From Micromonosporaceae bacterium (GTDB lineage: Bacteria; Actinomycetota; Actinomycetes; Mycobacteriales; Micromonosporaceae): a stretch of 64,000 nt of DNA. The DNA lies in the NCBI GenBank assembly GCA_035296325.1, contig DATHBD010000082.1, positions 137,771-201,770 on the forward strand, read 5' to 3'. How positions within the stretch are numbered: position 1 is the first letter of the stretch; every line of letters begins with the position of its first letter. The notes beneath the pieces were generated by a model, which was not told the DNA's origin, ran no database searches, and was given only the letters and a program-made list of their open reading frames with translations. Shown piece by piece: positions 47,949 through 56,831 of the stretch. A program made the position numbers and the translations under genes.

Positions 47949-49238
47949 GTGACCGGCACCCTGCCCGAAACACCCGACCTCGCCGCGGGCGCGGCCAGCA
48001 TCGGCGGCGCCGACGAGATCCTCAGCGACGGCGCCGTCCGGCAGTTCGTGGTCCGCTCCCTGCTCGGCGCCGACCTCGACGGCAGCAGCGTCTGCGTCAT
48101 CGTCCCGGACGCCACCCGCAGCTGCCCGCTTCCCCTGCTGCTCTCGGCGGTGCACGAGGCGCTGGCCGGGCGGGCGACCCGGGTGACGGCGCTGGTCGCG
48201 CTGGGCACGCACGCCGCGATGACCGCTGCCGAACTGGGCGCGCACCTGGGCTATCCGGCCGGCGATCCGGCGACACGCTATCCCGGCTGGACCGTGCGCA
48301 ACCACGAGTGGTGGAAGCCGGACACGTTCGTCTCGCTCGGCACGATCGACGCGGAGCGAGTCGCGGAGCTGTCCGAAGGGCGGCTGCGGCAGGCGGTGCC
48401 GGTCGCCCTGAACCGGGCCGTGATCGAGCACGACGTCTCACTGGTGGTCGGGCCGGTGTTCCCGCACGAGGTCGTCGGCTTCTCCGGCGGGAACAAGTAC
48501 TTCTTCCCGGGCGTCGCCGGGCCAGAGGTGATCGACTTCTCACACTGGCTCGGCGCTCTGATCAGCAGCGCCGAGATCATCGGCACCCGGGGGATCACGC
48601 CGGTGCGGGCGCTCATCGACCAGGCCGCGTCGATGATTCCGAGTCGGCGGCTGGCGCTGTGCCTGGTGGCGCAGTCCGGTACCAGCGCGCTGCACGCGGC
48701 GTCGTTCGGTGCGCCGGAGGCTGCCTGGGCCGCGTGCGCCGACGTGTCGGCCCAGACCCATGTGCGCTACCTCGACGCGCCGGTGCGGCGGGTGCTGTCG
48801 GTCGTGCCGACGAAGTACCGGGACATGTGGACCGGCGCCAAGGGCTTCTACAAGGTGGAGCCGGTGGTCGCCGACGGTGGGCAGGTCATCGTGTACGCCC
48901 CGCACATCACCCAGATCTCCGCGATGCACCCGCACATCGAGGAGATCGGATACCACTGCCGGGACTACTTCCTCAAGCAGTGGGACCGGTTCTCCCACCA
49001 CCACTGGGGCGACCTCGCCCACTCCACCCACCTGCGCGGCGCCGGCACCTGGGACCCGGAGCACGGCGAACGCGGCCGGGTCACCGTCACGCTGGCCACC
49101 GGCATCCCGGAGGACGTGGTGCGCCGGGCGAACCTGGATTACCTCGATCCGGCCGAGGTGGACCTGGACCGCCTCGCCGCCGACCCGGACACGCTCATCG
49201 TGCCCCAGGCCGGCGAGGTCCTGTTCCGTCTGCGCTGA
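47949..49238 (+). CDS. LarA-like (lactate racemase / DUF2088 family) protein
   Basis: 429 aa. 'VCVIVPDATRSCP...ALGTHAAMT...GPVFPHEVVGFSGGNKYFFPGVAG...HSTHLRGAGTW' matches the LarA N- and C-terminal domain layout with conserved His/Lys positions. Assignment by family resemblance only. Confidence 0.55.
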   Translation: MTGTLPETPDLAAGAASIGGADEILSDGAVRQFVVRSLLGADLDGSSVCVIVPDATRSCPLPLLLSAVHEALAGRATRVTALVALGTHAAMTAAELGAHLGYPAGDPATRYPGWTVRNHEWWKPDTFVSLGTIDAERVAELSEGRLRQAVPVALNRAVIEHDVSLVVGPVFPHEVVGFSGGNKYFFPGVAGPEVIDFSHWLGALISSAEIIGTRGITPVRALIDQAASMIPSRRLALCLVAQSGTSALHAASFGAPEAAWAACADVSAQTHVRYLDAPVRRVLSVVPTKYRDMWTGAKGFYKVEPVVADGGQVIVYAPHITQISAMHPHIEEIGYHCRDYFLKQWDRFSHHHWGDLAHSTHLRGAGTWDPEHGERGRVTVTLATGIPEDVVRRANLDYLDPAEVDLDRLAADPDTLIVPQAGEVLFRLR

Positions 49239-49251
49239 CCCCGGACTCAGC

Positions 49252-49329
49252 CCCGCGATCTTGCAGTCCTGCCTCGGGCAAATCACCGCGAATGGCGCAG
49301 AACGGCGGGCACGGCTGCAAGATCACGGG
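49252..49329 (+). repeat. Copy 1 of a conserved ~78-nt inverted-repeat element (gatcttgcag...gggcaaatcacc...ctgcaagatc)
   Basis: Between the larA-like stop and the MMPL 3' end, overlapping the last MMPL codons. About 80% identical to the copy at 54749-54827. The terminal arms 'gatcttgcagtcctgcc' and 'ggcacggctgcaagatc' are imperfect inverted repeats. Confidence 0.6.
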
Positions 49330-51421
49330 TGGGTGGCGGCGGAGCGGCCCGGGTGATCCGACCGGGCCACCACATCCGTGGGCCGAGATCCACCGCCAGC
49401 GCCGGGATGAGCAGGCTCCGGACCAGCAACGCGTCCAACAGGACGCCGACCGCCACGATGACGCCCATCTGCAGGGAGGGCACCAGTGGCAGGACACCGA
49501 GCGCCGCGAACGTCGCCGCCAGCACCAGCCCCGCGCTGGTGACGACCCCTCCGGTGACCGTGAGCGCGTGCAGCACACCGCGACGATGGCCGAGCGTGAC
49601 CGCCTCCTCGCGGGCGCGGGTCATCACGAAGATCGTGTAGTCCACGCCCAGCGCCACCAGGAACAGGAACGTCTGCAGGGGCAGCGCCACCCAGAGATTG
49701 GGGTAGCCGAGTACCGGCAGGATGAGGCCCGCCGCGCCGAGCGCCGCCGCGTATGACAGCACCACGCTGGCGAGCAGCACCACCGGGGCGACAAGCGCGC
49801 GCAGCAGCAGCACCAGGACCGCGAGGACCACGACCAGGATCAGTGGCATGACCACCCGGTTGTCCCGGTCGATGACCCGGTCGGAGTCGAGCGCGGCAGC
49901 CGCGTCGCCGCCCACCAGCGCGTCGGCGCCCGGGACGGCATGCACGGCGGTCCGCAGGCGGCGCACGGTGTCCTTGGCGGCGGCACTCTCCGCCTCGGCC
50001 GCGAGGACGGCGTCGATGCGGACCCAGCGGCCGTCCGCCGAGGACACCGCCGGCCGGACCTCGGCCACGCCGGGGACCGCCGCGGCGACGGCGGCCACCG
50101 CGGCCGCTCCATCCGCGGTTGCCAGGACGGTGGTCGGCGAGGATGCGCCGCCGGGATAGTGCCGCTCGATGAGGCGCTGGCCGGTCACCGAGCCCACCTC
50201 GCTTGTGAAGTTCTCCGACGCGGGCAGGCCGAGGCTGAGGTTGCCCATGCCGAGGGTGAGTACGCCGAGCGCGGCTGCCGTCCCGACCCAGATCAACCGC
50301 GGCCGCCGGCCCACCGCCCCAGCCACCCGGGCCCAGCCCCGGTGGTCCTCGGCTGCGTCATGACCGACCGCGCCGGGCGTGTACCGGGGGACGAACGGCC
50401 AGAACATCCACCGTCCACCCAGGACCAGCAGAACCGGCAGCAGGGTCGTCATGGCGGCCAGCGCGCCCAGCACCCCGATCGCGGCCACCGGACCGAGGCC
50501 GCGCGTCGCGGGCATCTGCGCCGCCAGCAGGCACAGCAGGCCGAGCGCCACCGTGGCGGCCGACGCCAGGATCGCCGGGAAGGAGCGCCGCAGCGCCACC
50601 GCCATCGCCTCGTGCCGGTCGGCGTGGCGGCGCAACTCCTCGCGGTAGCGGGCGATCAGCAGGAGCGCATAGTCCACACCGACTCCGAAGAGCAGCACCG
50701 TGAGGATGCTCTGGCTCTGCAGATCCACGGCCAGCCCGCCGTAGCGGGCGAGCAGGTAGATCACCGCCGTCGCCACCTGGCTCGCGACCAGTACGGCGAC
50801 CAGTGGGACGAGCCACAGCACCGGGCTACGGTAGGTCAATAGCAGCAGCAGGATGACCACCCCGGCGGTCACCAGCAGCAGGGTGCTGTCCATACCGTCG
50901 AACGCGTCCAGGACGTCCTGGAATCCCCCGGCCGACCCGGTCAGTGCGGTACGCAGCCCCGGCGGGCTGTCGGCGGCCAGCCGCTTCTTGATCTCCGCCA
51001 CCGCCGTACCCTGCTGGTCGTCGTCGCCGGCCAGCGGGAACACCAGCAGCGTCGCGGCGCCGTCGCCGCTGGGCACCGCGTCGACGGAGCCGGCCCGGGC
51101 GTACCCGGCGAAGGCCGCGCGATCGCCTTCCACCTTGGCCCGGTCGGCGGCGGTCAGCCCGCCGTCCCTGGCATACACGGCGACCGCGACGAGGCCGTCG
51201 GAGCCGGGGAACGCGGCGGCCGCGCGCTCAGCCGCGCGGGCCGCCTCGGCACTCGCCGGCAGCGCCGCCAGCGAGTCGTTGTTCTGTACCTCGCTCAGCT
51301 TCATGCCGAGCGGCGTGGCGAGGGCGGCCAGCAGGAGCCAGATGGCCAGGGTCAGGAACTTGGCGCGCCGGCCCGCGGGTGCGGGCCGGCGCGCGAATCG
51401 CTGGGAAGTCGATTTGGTCAT
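49283..51421 (-). CDS. MMPL-family (RND-superfamily) membrane transporter
   Basis: 712 aa with two 6-TM bundles separated by soluble loops ('...MWFWPFVP...' and '...VDYTIFVMTRARE...'). Typical MMPL N-terminus with a single TM then a large periplasmic domain. Confidence 0.8.
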   Translation of the reverse strand: MTKSTSQRFARRPAPAGRRAKFLTLAIWLLLAALATPLGMKLSEVQNNDSLAALPASAEAARAAERAAAAFPGSDGLVAVAVYARDGGLTAADRAKVEGDRAAFAGYARAGSVDAVPSGDGAATLLVFPLAGDDDQQGTAVAEIKKRLAADSPPGLRTALTGSAGGFQDVLDAFDGMDSTLLLVTAGVVILLLLLTYRSPVLWLVPLVAVLVASQVATAVIYLLARYGGLAVDLQSQSILTVLLFGVGVDYALLLIARYREELRRHADRHEAMAVALRRSFPAILASAATVALGLLCLLAAQMPATRGLGPVAAIGVLGALAAMTTLLPVLLVLGGRWMFWPFVPRYTPGAVGHDAAEDHRGWARVAGAVGRRPRLIWVGTAAALGVLTLGMGNLSLGLPASENFTSEVGSVTGQRLIERHYPGGASSPTTVLATADGAAAVAAVAAAVPGVAEVRPAVSSADGRWVRIDAVLAAEAESAAAKDTVRRLRTAVHAVPGADALVGGDAAAALDSDRVIDRDNRVVMPLILVVVLAVLVLLLRALVAPVVLLASVVLSYAAALGAAGLILPVLGYPNLWVALPLQTFLFLVALGVDYTIFVMTRAREEAVTLGHRRGVLHALTVTGGVVTSAGLVLAATFAALGVLPLVPSLQMGVIVAVGVLLDALLVRSLLIPALAVDLGPRMWWPGRITRAAPPPPTRDLAAVPAVLRHSR

Positions 51422-51451
51422 GCCGGCAGCGTCCGCCGGCGCGCTGACCGC

Positions 51452-54400
51452 TCACGCACCTGACGCTGACGGACCCGCTGACAGCAGTGCGGCGACCTCC
51501 CCGTCGGCGAGCGCCGCACCGCGGGCGTACACGGCGTCGTAGGCCGCGTCACCGAGCACCGCCCGCGCCCGCGCTGCCACCCGCGCGCCGTCGCAGTCGC
51601 CGGTGCCCGTCTCGCGCCGTAACGTTCCCGCCGCACCCAGCAGCAGCGCCGCCTGCAGCGCGTCGCCTTCCAGCAGGGCCACCCCGGCGAGGCCCTCGGC
51701 AACCGGGGCGGCCGCGCCGAATCGGCCGCCCTCCGCCGCGGCGAGCGCCTGCTCGTGCCACGCCCGCGCGGTCGGCGCGTCACCGGCTGCCTCCGCGATC
51801 CATCCCAGTGCGGTAAGGATGCGCAGGCGGAGCAGGTCGGGCCCGAACCACCCGGTCGGGCAGTCCAGCAGCGCCGCATCGGCCAGCTCCCGGGCGCCGT
51901 CCAGGTCGCCGCCGAGGCGGGCCACGTCGGCCAGTCCGAGGGTGGCCATCGCCAGCGCCTCGCGGGTGGCCCCGCGCCGCGCCAGGTGCGCGGCGTGGGC
52001 GAAGTCGGCCTGGGCACTCGCCAGGTCCCCGGCGGCGGCGGAGCTGCGACCCCGTCGGCACATCAGCTCCACGATGTCGTCGGTGGAGTCCAGTTGCGCG
52101 GCCAGACTCAACGCCTCATCGATCATCGCGAGGAAGCCCGCCCGGTCACCCCGCCACTCCGCCAGCGACGCCAGATCGGCCAGCGTGTTGGCCATCCCCC
52201 AGCGATCGCCGACCGCACGGAAGCCGGCCAGCGCGGCGGACAGCTCCGTGTCTCCCTCGGCCAGCCGACCGCTGTACAGCTCGATCGCACCCAACCCGTA
52301 CCGGGCCAACGCCCGCAACCACGGGTCCTCGCCCAGCTGGTGCACCATCATCCGGTCGAGCGCATCCTCGGGAGGCGGCCCCATCGTCATGCCGTGCAGC
52401 ACGTTGAGGAACGGGTAGCGGGCCGGGCGCCGCAGCGCGTACACGATGTTGCGGGCCTGCTCGACCCGTGCCTGCAGCGGCGCGGTCGAGGAACTGCCCG
52501 CGGTGGTGTCGAGCAGGCACATCGCGTACTCGTCGAGCAGCTCCGGTGACGGTTCGCCGGGCAGGCGGTCGAGCACCAGGCCGGCGAGGGCGGCACCTTC
52601 GCTGCGCAGCCCGCGCAGCCACCAGTACCCGGACAGGTTCGCCACCAGCCGCAGCGCGGTCGCCGTGTCGCCGGCAGCGGTCGCCCGCCGCACCGCGGCG
52701 TGCAGGTTGTCGCGATCGGCGTCCAGCCGGCGCAGCCAGTCCACCTGCTCATGGCCACGCAGGTAAGGGTCCGCGGTACTCGCGACCCCGAGGAAGTACG
52801 CAGCGTGCGCGGCCCGCAGTCGCTCCTCCTCGCCGGCCTCGGCAAGGCGCTCGGCAGCGTAGGCCCGCACCGTCTCCGACATCCGGTAGCGCCCGTCCGC
52901 GACATCCACCAGGGACTTCTCCACCAGGCCGGTCAGCACGTCGACGACCGTGGCGGGTGGCAGCCCGCAAACCCGCTCGATCGCCGCCAGGGTGGCGCCG
53001 CCGGCGAAGACGGTGAGCCGCCGGGCCAGACCGCGCTCCTCCTCGGCCAGCAGGTCCCAGCTCCAGTCGACCACCGCGCGCAGGGTGCGGTGCCGGGGCG
53101 CCGAGGCGCGGCTGCCCCGCGACAGCAGGGCGAAGCGGTCGTCCAGACGCGCCGCCACCTCCGCCGGCGTCAGCGAGCGCAGTCGGGCGGCGGCCAGCTC
53201 AATGGCGAGCGGGAGGCCGTCCAGCGCCCGGCACACCCGTCCCACGTCGGAAACGGTCGACGCGTCCAGCGTGAAGTCGGGTCGGACGGCGGTCGCCCGA
53301 TCGACGAAGAGCCGGACGGCCGGGAAGGCCATCGCTTCAGCGAGTGTGGCACCCGGTGGCGGCAGCGCCAACGGCGGCACCGGGCAGAGACTCTCGCCGG
53401 TGATGCCCAACGCCTCCCGGCTGGTGGCCAGGATCTGCAGCGTGGGGCAGGCACGGAGCAGCCGGTCGGCGAAGGTGGCGACCGCTGCCACCACGTGCTC
53501 ACAGTTGTCCAGGACGAGCAGCAACCGGTGCCCGTTCAGGGCCGCGACGAGTCGGCCCACCGGGTCGGGCGGGCGCGGCATGCGATCCGGGCCCGGCCGG
53601 AGTCCAGCCTCGCGCAGACCCAGCGCCCCGAGTACGGCCCGCGGTATGTCCGCGCCGTCCACCAGGGGCGCCAGCTCGACGAACGCCACTTCGCCACCGT
53701 GCCGGGCGGCGGCTTCCGCGGCGAGCCGGGTCTTGCCCGCCCCGCCGGGCCCGGTGAGCGTGACCAGCCGCGTGGAGCCGAGCAGCTGCTCCACCCGGAC
53801 AAGCTCTTCGCCGCGTCCAACGAACGTGGTGAGCTGCGCCGGAACGGCATCGTGGCGCAGCCGGCCGGTGCCCGGCAGCCCGGAGCCGGGCGACGGGCCG
53901 GCCGCCGGGCGACCGGGGAGCGGATCGGGCACCGGGTCGGCGCGCAGGATGGCCAGGTGGACGGCTGCCAGTTCGGCCGACGGATCCACGCCGAGTTCGT
54001 CGGCGAGGGTGCGCCGGGCGTCGGTGTACACGGCGAGCGCCTCGGCCGGGCGACCATCGGCGTACAGCGCGTGCATCAGCCGCGCCCGCAGCCGCTCCCG
54101 CAGCGGATGCACGGCGACCAGTTCGCGCAGCTCGGCCACGAGCGGGGCGTGACGACCAAGGGCGAGCTCGGCGGCGGCACGGTCCTCGACCGCGGTGAGC
54201 CGCGACTCCTCCAGTCGGGCGGCAGCGACCCGACCGGCCGGCACCTCCAGCACCTCCGCCAGCGCCGCGCCGCGCCACAGGTCGAGGGCCTCGCGGAGCA
54301 GGTCGGCGGCGCTCGCCGGGTCCGCCGCGGCCAGCGCACCGCGGCCCGCCGCGGCCAACGCCGTGAACCGGCACGCGTCGACCCGGTCCGGATCCACAAC

Positions 54401-54697
54401 GAGCCGGTACCCGGCCGGGTGGAACTCCACCGCCACGCCGTACCGCCCGGCGTCGGTCGCCGCGTCTCCCGTGATGAGCGCCCGACGCAGCCGGGAAACC
54501 TGGGACTGCAGGGCGTTCGGCGCGCCGATGGGTGGCTGCCCGCCGTACACGCCGTCGATCAGCGACTCCGTGGGCACCACCCGACCCACGTCGGCCAGCA
54601 GGAGCGCGAGGAGCGCGCGCAGCCGGGCACCGCCGAGGGTCAACTCCCGCCCGTCGGCGAACCACACCTGGGTCGGACCCAGGATGCCGAAGCGCAT
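51452..54697 (-). CDS. SARP/AfsR-family transcriptional regulator (OmpR-type winged helix + BTAD + NB-ARC ATPase + TPR)
   Basis: 'MRFGILGPTQVWFADGRELTLGGARLRALLALLL' (SARP DNA-binding). 'LDLWRGAALAEV' (BTAD). 'LVTLTGPGGAGKTRLA' (P-loop). A long C-terminal Ala/Leu-rich TPR-like region. 1081 aa. Confidence 0.85.
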   Translation of the reverse strand: MRFGILGPTQVWFADGRELTLGGARLRALLALLLADVGRVVPTESLIDGVYGGQPPIGAPNALQSQVSRLRRALITGDAATDAGRYGVAVEFHPAGYRLVVDPDRVDACRFTALAAAGRGALAAADPASAADLLREALDLWRGAALAEVLEVPAGRVAAARLEESRLTAVEDRAAAELALGRHAPLVAELRELVAVHPLRERLRARLMHALYADGRPAEALAVYTDARRTLADELGVDPSAELAAVHLAILRADPVPDPLPGRPAAGPSPGSGLPGTGRLRHDAVPAQLTTFVGRGEELVRVEQLLGSTRLVTLTGPGGAGKTRLAAEAAARHGGEVAFVELAPLVDGADIPRAVLGALGLREAGLRPGPDRMPRPPDPVGRLVAALNGHRLLLVLDNCEHVVAAVATFADRLLRACPTLQILATSREALGITGESLCPVPPLALPPPGATLAEAMAFPAVRLFVDRATAVRPDFTLDASTVSDVGRVCRALDGLPLAIELAAARLRSLTPAEVAARLDDRFALLSRGSRASAPRHRTLRAVVDWSWDLLAEEERGLARRLTVFAGGATLAAIERVCGLPPATVVDVLTGLVEKSLVDVADGRYRMSETVRAYAAERLAEAGEEERLRAAHAAYFLGVASTADPYLRGHEQVDWLRRLDADRDNLHAAVRRATAAGDTATALRLVANLSGYWWLRGLRSEGAALAGLVLDRLPGEPSPELLDEYAMCLLDTTAGSSSTAPLQARVEQARNIVYALRRPARYPFLNVLHGMTMGPPPEDALDRMMVHQLGEDPWLRALARYGLGAIELYSGRLAEGDTELSAALAGFRAVGDRWGMANTLADLASLAEWRGDRAGFLAMIDEALSLAAQLDSTDDIVELMCRRGRSSAAAGDLASAQADFAHAAHLARRGATREALAMATLGLADVARLGGDLDGARELADAALLDCPTGWFGPDLLRLRILTALGWIAEAAGDAPTARAWHEQALAAAEGGRFGAAAPVAEGLAGVALLEGDALQAALLLGAAGTLRRETGTGDCDGARVAARARAVLGDAAYDAVYARGAALADGEVAALLSAGPSASGA

Positions 54698-54748
54698 ACC
54701 GCTGATTGTCGCTCACCGCCCGCTCCGTCGGCCCCCGCGCCGACCCCT

Positions 54749-54827
54749 CCCGCGATCTTGCAGTTGTGCCTCGGGCAAATCACCCCGGAAAGGGGCAGAG
54801 CGGCGCGCACGACTGCAAGATCGCGGG
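54749..54827 (+). repeat. Copy 2 of the conserved ~78-nt inverted-repeat element
   Basis: In the divergent intergenic region between the SARP start and the protease start. The terminal arms 'gatcttgcagttgtgcc' and 'gcacgactgcaagatc' pair over 16 nt with one U-G wobble. Shares the central conserved 'ctcgggcaaatcacc' with copy 1. Confidence 0.6.
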
Positions 54828-54943
54828 AGGACGCGGGGCGGGTGTCCGATTCGGTGGAGATGTCTTCGGGGGGCACGACCATGGCAGGGGCGATGCCATA
54901 GTGACCCGGTCCACATCGATGAACGCCAACCGGGGGAGCATCT

Positions 54944-56212
54944 TTGCGAATATTCCGAGTCCCTGCCGTCCTCGGCGTCAGCCTCGTGCTGGTGGCCGGG
55001 CTTGCCAGCGCGGCGCAGGCCGATCCGCCAGAAACGCGACACCGCAGCGGCATCGTCATCGTGCCCTCCACGGACCCGCCGGTCGGCGAGCCGATCTCGG
55101 ACGCCCTGGGCCAACTCCTGCACGAGGCGGCCGATGCCGTCGAGGCCAGGCCGGAAGATCTGGCATACCCGTGGTACGACCGCGCCAGCAACGCGGTCGT
55201 GGTTGACACCGTGAACGATCAGGGCGACATGTTGGCCGCCGGGCTTGTCGGTGCCCGGGGCGGCCTGGGCGCTGTCACCCGCAACCGACGGGTGCCGCAC
55301 AGCTGGGCGAAGCTCCAGAGCATCAAGGACGAGGCGATCGCGTTGACCGCGACGGACGTGCCGGACGGTGACGCGATCTTCATGACCGAGCCGGACCCCG
55401 AGCACAATCGCGTCGTCATCTACACGACGCGGATGTCCGACGAGTTCCTTGACGCGCTGGCCGAGCGTTACGGCACATCAGCGGTCGCGGTTCGCCACAT
55501 GCCCGGCCAGATCTCCTCCACCGGCGACGCGCGCAACAACGACACGTCCCCGTTCTACGGTGGCGCCAGGATCGACTCGCCGTCCGGGTGCACCACCGGA
55601 TTTTCGTGGCGGTCGGGGGCCATCAACATGATGCTGACGGCCGGCCACTGCGTGCCCGGCGGTGGCACGCTCCACACCCCGGTCGCCGTGATCGGGCCGG
55701 TGGCGCCGAACTCCCGGGAGAACTGGAAGCCGGGCACCGGCACGGTCTACCTGACCGGCCAGACCACCTACCGCGGCGACGTGGCTCTTGCGACGGTGAC
55801 GTCCCCGAGAACCTCCGGAGCGTCCATCTACCGCGGCGGGCCCGGTGCCAGCGTCAGCGCCCGCGTTGCCGAGATGTGGAGCCGGCGCCCCGCCACGAAC
55901 GACCGGTACTGCACCGGAGGTCATGTCACCGGAGAGAAGTGTGGTTGGTCGGTGTACCGGACCGGCATCAACTTCCGCTGGAGCAGCGGCGAATTGGCAC
56001 GCAACATGGTCCGGAGCTTCTACCGCACCGATACCTGCACCATCGGCGGCGACTCCGGAGGACCGGTCTACACCGTCCGCGCGGATGGCAGAATCGCCGC
56101 TAAGGGCATCCACCACGGGAAGTCCACCATGCCGGTCTTCGGCTGCATGGAGGTCTTCACCGACATCTGGGACGCCTACTACGCACTTCCGGGATCGCTG
56201 GCAACAGGATGA
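54944..56212 (+). CDS. Secreted S1-family serine protease (streptogrisin/alpha-lytic-protease-like, with propeptide)
   Basis: Signal peptide 'VLGVSLVLVAGLASAAQA'. About 180-aa prodomain. Catalytic 'LTAGHCV' (His), 'GDVALA' (Asp) and 'GGDSGGPVY' (Ser), with conserved Cys pairs. Confidence 0.8.
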   Translation: MRIFRVPAVLGVSLVLVAGLASAAQADPPETRHRSGIVIVPSTDPPVGEPISDALGQLLHEAADAVEARPEDLAYPWYDRASNAVVVDTVNDQGDMLAAGLVGARGGLGAVTRNRRVPHSWAKLQSIKDEAIALTATDVPDGDAIFMTEPDPEHNRVVIYTTRMSDEFLDALAERYGTSAVAVRHMPGQISSTGDARNNDTSPFYGGARIDSPSGCTTGFSWRSGAINMMLTAGHCVPGGGTLHTPVAVIGPVAPNSRENWKPGTGTVYLTGQTTYRGDVALATVTSPRTSGASIYRGGPGASVSARVAEMWSRRPATNDRYCTGGHVTGEKCGWSVYRTGINFRWSSGELARNMVRSFYRTDTCTIGGDSGGPVYTVRADGRIAAKGIHHGKSTMPVFGCMEVFTDIWDAYYALPGSLATG

Positions 56213-56586
56213 CGATGCGGCAGAGGACGCGCACCGCGGCAACGGCGCTTGCCGGTGCCGTCCTCTGCTGCGCCATCGTGGTGGCATACCTCGCGCTGCG
56301 CTCCGCTGGTGCGTACCCGGCACCGATCACCGGGTACCGGGTGTCCGCCGACCCTCGGGTCCTGATCGTCCTCGTGGAGATTCACCCCGACCATCGGATC
56401 TCGGCCGTGACGGCCGACGAAGACGGTCCCGAGGTCGTACTGCACATCACCGCGAGACCACCGCGTTTGTGGTGGTCCGGCGGTGACGACGCAACACAGC
56501 GGGAGGTGCGGGTGCGACTGGCGCAGCCGGTGACCGGTCGGCCGGTGACCGATGGTCGGACCGGATCCGCGGTGCCGGCCGGCTGA
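56209..56586 (+). CDS. Small hypothetical membrane-anchored protein
   Basis: ATG overlaps the protease stop (ATGA). One N-terminal TM 'ALAGAVLCCAIVVAYLAL'. 125 aa, no domain recognised. Confidence 0.3.
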   Translation: MTMRQRTRTAATALAGAVLCCAIVVAYLALRSAGAYPAPITGYRVSADPRVLIVLVEIHPDHRISAVTADEDGPEVVLHITARPPRLWWSGGDDATQREVRVRLAQPVTGRPVTDGRTGSAVPAG

Positions 56587-56831
56587 CCGCTGCCGTCGGA
56601 CGCCGCAGCCACGTTCACCACAGGGCCCGGCGACAAGGCGGTCGGACGGTCAGAAGGTGACGAGGCGAGGGCTATTGACCCGTCAGGACGAGCTTGGCGG
56701 CCATGCCAGCGCCGCGGCACGTCGTGCAGAATCAGCGGCACCGGGAGGCCTCGCAGACCAGACGCGCGACAGACCCGGCCGATCCTGCCTCATGGTTGGT
56801 CGTTCTCCGCCGATGAGGATACGTCGGCCGG

